Below, piece by piece: positions 60,288-64,000 of a stretch of DNA of 64,000 nucleotides. Origin of the DNA: Candidatus Solincola quzhuomuensis (lineage in GTDB: Bacteria; Actinomycetota; Geothermincolia; Geothermincolales; RBG-13-55-18); the NCBI GenBank assembly GCA_015711855.1, contig JACVJF010000001.1, forward strand, positions 6,164 through 70,163, read 5' to 3'. The notes under the pieces were generated by a model. The model ran no database searches. It saw only the letters and a program-made list of their open reading frames with translations, and was not told the origin of the DNA. Made by a program: the position numbers and the translations under genes. The stretch's first letter is position 1. Each line of letters begins with the position of its first letter.

Positions 60288-60818
60288 TCAGGCTGACTCG
60301 GGAAATTGTTCTTTCAGGTCCTGGATGTCGGCGCGTATGGTCTGCTGATAGAACAGCCGTATGTCCATCACGTCCTGGCGGACTACTTGTAGGAGCCGGC
60401 GAGCCTCGCGGAGCATGGCGTAAAAACTGCCTTTAGCTTGCTCCGGTGAAAGTCCGGCGATCTCCTCGAGCTTCCGGATGAAAGCCTGGTAATCCTGGCT
60501 GAACTTAGCGAACATACTCCCCCAGGTGTTTAAGTCCTGCTCCAACTTGGAGACGTCGTACCCCTTGGCCCTCGCCCATTCCAATAATTCCTCTACGGTA
60601 CTCCTCACTCGCTCATACGTCTCCTGGTGCCTCTGCTGATTGTTGTTGAAGCGGGCGATGATGAGCTCTATGCGCTTTTGAACCAACTCCCAGCGTTCCT
60701 GTAAGCGCTCCTGTAAGCGGGTCTCCGTACCGGGCTGACCCTCCTGGGCCAAGGCGGGCGCGGCGGAGAAGGCAAGCACTGCGACCACCATGCCCACCAA
60801 AATGAAAGCCCTCCTCAT
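60288..60818 (-). CDS. secreted hypothetical protein, helical/coiled-coil
   Basis: signal peptide 'MRRAFILVGMVVAVLAFSAAPALA' after SD 'AAAGGAGGGG'. Confidence 0.5.
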   Translation of the reverse strand: MRRAFILVGMVVAVLAFSAAPALAQEGQPGTETRLQERLQERWELVQKRIELIIARFNNNQQRHQETYERVRSTVEELLEWARAKGYDVSKLEQDLNTWGSMFAKFSQDYQAFIRKLEEIAGLSPEQAKGSFYAMLREARRLLQVVRQDVMDIRLFYQQTIRADIQDLKEQFPESA

Positions 60819-61053
60819 CTTCATCCCCTCCTTTCGTCGAACCTCCTTTGCCGGGCCCCTCGGACTTCCGCCGGCATCGGAAAAGCCGGCCGTGGAGAGC
60901 ACGATTCGCATACCATCTCGGTAAGCCAAAAAGCTGCTCTCCTTTCTCGCATCCTTCCCATGGGCGGCCTCCCGGCCGTGTGCCATCGCCTATATCTTCG
61001 GGCGCACCGATTAAGAAATTGTTAACTAACTGATAAATCGTTGCAAAATCCCT

Positions 61054-61929
61054 TTAGCCTTCGCTCCACCTCCCCGCCTTCTCCTGCCTGCCGCGCGCAA
61101 AGCCGGCCGAAATCGCGCCGCGAGGGCAAGCCCTACGACATTCCAAACACCTTATGCATTCCGGCGAATCGGGGTCAGCGAAGATGTCGATGTCCACGGG
61201 GCAAACCCGGCGGCACTTGCCGCAGGCATCGCATCTATCCTCGTCGACCTCCAGCCGATAAAAGCTGAGGGGATTGCAGAGGCCGAGCACGGCCCCCAAG
61301 GGACACGCAGCCCGGCAGAAAGGTCGCTTGGAGAACATGAACCAGACCAGGAAGCCCACCAGGATAGCCACCTTAAACCAAAAAAACCAGCCGGCGGTAG
61401 GGAGCCCTCCTGTGGGTGGTGCCAGCTTCAGGACCACTCCGCCCTCCAGTGACCCCACGGGGCATAAGCGGGAGAACCAGCTAACCCCCGTGAATAGGGG
61501 AGCGACGATCACCAGGGCGACGAGGACCAGGTATCTTCCGCGGCGAATCAGGCGGGGAAGCTCCATTTTGGGCACGGGAATCTTGTACAGCAGGTCCTGC
61601 AGAAGACCGAAGGGACAGATCCAGCCGCAAGGCATCCTTCCTACGACAGTCCCTACCAGGCCCACCGATCCCAGCACGTACATAAGTGCGCTGAGGCCCT
61701 TGACGACCTGCTCCTTCGCCCCGCTTAGTCTTCCGGAAAGCAATCGGAACGAGTGTTGGAGGCTGCCGATCGGGCAGGAGAAGACCGTCAGCGGGCAAGC
61801 ATAGCAGTTCAAGCCCGGGATGCAAACCTTCTTGAGGCCACCTTGATAAATGGCTCGGGAAGAAAAATAGGAAAAATACGGGTTTATGGCCAGCGCAGCA
61901 AGGGCCTGGGTTATCCTCCTCGCGCCCAT
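61054..61929 (-). CDS. 4Fe-4S-binding polytopic membrane protein (NapH/MauN-like polyferredoxin)
   Basis: TM helices plus 'CDACGKCRRVCP' and 'CIRCLECRRACP' ferredoxin motifs and CxxC pairs in loops. Confidence 0.7.
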   Translation of the reverse strand: MGARRITQALAALAINPYFSYFSSRAIYQGGLKKVCIPGLNCYACPLTVFSCPIGSLQHSFRLLSGRLSGAKEQVVKGLSALMYVLGSVGLVGTVVGRMPCGWICPFGLLQDLLYKIPVPKMELPRLIRRGRYLVLVALVIVAPLFTGVSWFSRLCPVGSLEGGVVLKLAPPTGGLPTAGWFFWFKVAILVGFLVWFMFSKRPFCRAACPLGAVLGLCNPLSFYRLEVDEDRCDACGKCRRVCPVDIDIFADPDSPECIRCLECRRACPRGAISAGFARGRQEKAGRWSEG

Positions 61930-62328
61930 GATAAAGATGGTCTAGATAATGCCGATGCAGTCCAGGCAGACGACAGCAGCGTTGGCGTAAACCGTCCGCG
62001 GTCCCTCCCAGAGTAGGGAAAGGCTCAACGCCAGTGCGAAAAGAGCTGCCATGGCCCAAGTTATCCTCGATCTGAGGGGCTTACCTTCAGCAAGACGCGG
62101 GACTCTCCTCCTCAACCTCACTCACCTCCACGACTCGCCATCTTAGATCCAAAGCCTTGTTCCCAGTTTTACCCATTCCGAGGATCTTGTCGAGTGCCTC
62201 TCCGCATATGCGCCGAAGAAACGCCTGTAGTAGAATCGTGACGTTCGGGTTCCATGGGAATCTCCGACGACCCGTCGCTGAGCCGAGTATGAAGGGGGCA
62301 GTATATGTAAACAAGACGGAGGGGGAAG

Positions 62329-63105
62329 ATGACGCGTGGAGAGAAAGGATGGGCGCTGGTCACCGGGGCCTCAAGCGGAATTGGGGAAGCTTTCGCCAGA
62401 AGACTGGCCTTCGAAGGCTATGATCTCATCATCGTAGCCAGGCGGGTAGAACTCCTGGAAAGACTGGCCAGCGAGCTCTGCCGGAGCTGCGGCGTCGCCG
62501 TGGAGGTTGAGCCCGCCGACCTTAGCGTGGAAAGCGATATCGCCAGGGTGGCACAACGCATAGCGGAAGTGGGTCCCCTTGCCGTATTGGTGAACAACGC
62601 CGGTTTCTCCACCGCCGAGAAGTTCATGGAGGCGGACCTGCAGAGTCAGCTGCGAATGATCTACGTGCACAACCTGGCCACCATCTGGCTCACCCACGCC
62701 GCCCTGCGGGGGATGATCTCACATGGCCGGGGTAGCATCATCAACGTTTCCTCCGTTGCCGGCCTTATTCCCGCTCCTTATAACGCCGCATACGACGCCA
62801 CCAAGGCCTTTCTGGTGCTTTTCTCCGAGGGGCTGCACCAGGAATTGCGGGGAACAGGTGTCAGGGTGCAGGCTCTTTGCCCTGGATATACGCACACGGG
62901 CTTTCACGCCTCGATCGGCGTGGAGAGAAAAATCCCCGAGCCTTTCTGGCTGACCCCGGAGGAGGTGGTAGATGCCTCTCTTTCCGCCCTGGAGAGGGGC
63001 GCCGTCGTTTGCGTTCCCGGAAAGAAGCAGCATCTCTTCGTCTCCTTAATGCTGGCCTTGCCCCGTCCCCTGCGGTACCGACTAATCCGCCTGGTTGAAC
63101 GGTGA
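62329..63105 (+). CDS. SDR family short-chain dehydrogenase/reductase
   Basis: 'ALVTGASSGIG', 'NNAG', 'S...YNAAYDATK' catalytic triad. Confidence 0.85.
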   Translation: MTRGEKGWALVTGASSGIGEAFARRLAFEGYDLIIVARRVELLERLASELCRSCGVAVEVEPADLSVESDIARVAQRIAEVGPLAVLVNNAGFSTAEKFMEADLQSQLRMIYVHNLATIWLTHAALRGMISHGRGSIINVSSVAGLIPAPYNAAYDATKAFLVLFSEGLHQELRGTGVRVQALCPGYTHTGFHASIGVERKIPEPFWLTPEEVVDASLSALERGAVVCVPGKKQHLFVSLMLALPRPLRYRLIRLVER

Positions 63106-63212
63106 CTTACGACCCCCCGAACCGGCCTTGACCATTTTCCCGTTTGCCCGATTGGGCGACTCTCCCTGTCGAAGATCGGACTCCCTCCGAACATCGAGGA
63201 TCCGCCTTCTTC

Positions 63213-63300
63213 TGGCGGAAGGGGAGGGATTCGAACCCTCGAGGCGGCTTTCGCCACTCCACCCCGATTCCCCGGTCGGGCGGTTCCCCTCAAAAAGGCC
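63213..63300 (-). repeat. partial/degenerate tandem copy of tRNA-Ser(GGA) 3' half
   Basis: ~48-nt near-identical repeat 'cttctggcggaaggggagggattcgaaccctcgaggcggctttcgcca' at 63206-63254 and 63326-63373; upstream part lacks a matching acceptor 5' strand. Confidence 0.6.
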
Positions 63301-63331
63301 CCAGGCTTTTTGGAGGGCCTGGCGGTTCTTC

Positions 63332-63425
63332 TGGCGGAAGGGGAGGGATTCGAACCCTCGAGGCGGCTTTCGCCACCCACACGATTTCCAGTCGTGCTCC
63401 TTAGGCCAGACTCGGACACCCTTCC
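63332..63425 (-). tRNA. tRNA-Ser (anticodon GGA), CCA encoded
   Basis: hand-folded: acceptor GGAAGGG/CCCTTCC, anticodon stem CACGA/TCGTG loop CUGGAAA, long variable arm, T-loop GGTTCGAATCC. Confidence 0.75.
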
Positions 63426-63567
63426 GCGGACTCCATTCCGTGTCTCCTGCGATCCAGGCGACAGAAATAATTATAGATACGGGCTCCGCCGCTTTCCAGC
63501 GGAATAGGCATTTCCTGCCGGATCCGGCTCCTTGCGGCGCGGCGGTTTTTCGCAGTCCTCGCCGGCC

Positions 63568-63999
63568 TTACTCCTTGGCGACCTCCTTTTCTCGCTCCTC
63601 CAGGATGAGTTCCGCCGCCCTTTTCGCTGCCCTCCCCACCACCTCTGAGCAGTGCTCCAACATTCCCGACCGAAAGGCTTCCTTGAGTTCTCCGGGATCG
63701 TAAAGGTCGTAGGTCCTTCCCATCAGCTTCCGCTGGATGTCGTGACACCGGCAGCTCCCGTAGCTCTCCACGAAGAAATCGTGCAGCTCCTTGCACAGGA
63801 GGTAGGACCGCATGGGCTTCATCACGTCTCGGTGGTCCTTCCGCTCCCTGCCGAACAACAGGCCGATGACCATACACCCCCCGGTCAAAGCCCCGCAGGA
63901 GCCGTCCCCCGTCAAGCCTATGCCGTCGGCAAGCCCGCTGGCCGCCTTGAACACCCCCTCCTCCTCCATGTTTAACGCATCGAGGAGTCCGGCCACCAC
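63568..63999 (-). CDS. C_GCAxxG_C_C family putative redox-active protein (possibly 5'-truncated by window edge)
   Basis: 'GDGSCGALTGGCMVIGL' and downstream 'GSCRCHD...CSE' conserved Cys pattern. Confidence 0.55.
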   Translation of the reverse strand: MVAGLLDALNMEEEGVFKAASGLADGIGLTGDGSCGALTGGCMVIGLLFGRERKDHRDVMKPMRSYLLCKELHDFFVESYGSCRCHDIQRKLMGRTYDLYDPGELKEAFRSGMLEHCSEVVGRAAKRAAELILEEREKEVAKE

Positions 64000-64000
64000 G

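Noticed and set aside
63200-63430. tmRNA hypothesis for the duplicated 'GGGTTCGAATCCC...GCCA' ends
   Set aside because: The higher-coordinate copy folds as a complete tRNA-Ser(GGA) with its own 5' acceptor strand. No tmRNA 5' tRNA-like domain or tag-reading frame is evident.

Overview
The window is high-GC (about 62%) and gene-dense, with roughly 60 credible CDSs and 4 tRNAs. The content looks like an anaerobic high-GC Gram-positive (Actinobacteria-like) chromosome; that call is inference from a RipA-like NlpC/P60 protein, leaderless and strong-SD genes, inositol-1-phosphate synthase, two tungsten-type aldehyde:ferredoxin oxidoreductases and many Fe-S proteins.

The first ~40 kb is mixed housekeeping and signalling. 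It includes PilT, a STAS + GAF-PP2C-HATPase partner-switching pair, a ChlI-vWA fusion ATPase, sensor kinase plus receiver, MTAP, an M50 protease, a ThiF/E1-like enzyme, a CpaB-like protein, an RR-GGDEF, DapA, two AOR loci and TadA.

From ~40 to 54 kb there is an arsenic/organoarsenical resistance island built from two parallel ArsR-headed loci. Locus 1 (minus strand, 43.9 to 40.2 kb) encodes ACR3, an ArsD-like protein, a DUF3343 protein and a PF04060-like Fe-S protein, with a divergent arsR and a downstream tandem USP gene. Locus 2 (minus strand, 51.9 to 46.1 kb) encodes arsR, a small conserved protein, a paralogous Fe-S protein, a thioredoxin-like protein, an ArsP-like DUF318 permease, a DGC protein, a DsrE-like protein, permease remnants and DUF169. 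arsC with a second copy of the small protein, a roadblock/LC7 protein and HdeD lie just beyond.

The most novel-looking content is the paired, uncharacterised ArsR-associated modules: the paralogous 'TNCGxCGxxSC[LM]AFA...DCP' Fe-S proteins and the paralogous small 'EELIWLKRI' proteins. Other points of interest are two otherwise intact genes that each carry an in-frame TAG, a tRNA-Ser with a tandem partial copy of its 3' half, and two gene-poor segments. TAG is a normal stop elsewhere in the window.

No CRISPR array, transposase or obvious prophage was seen. Start coordinates that were moved to internal ATG/GTG codons are approximate (about ±1-3 nt).
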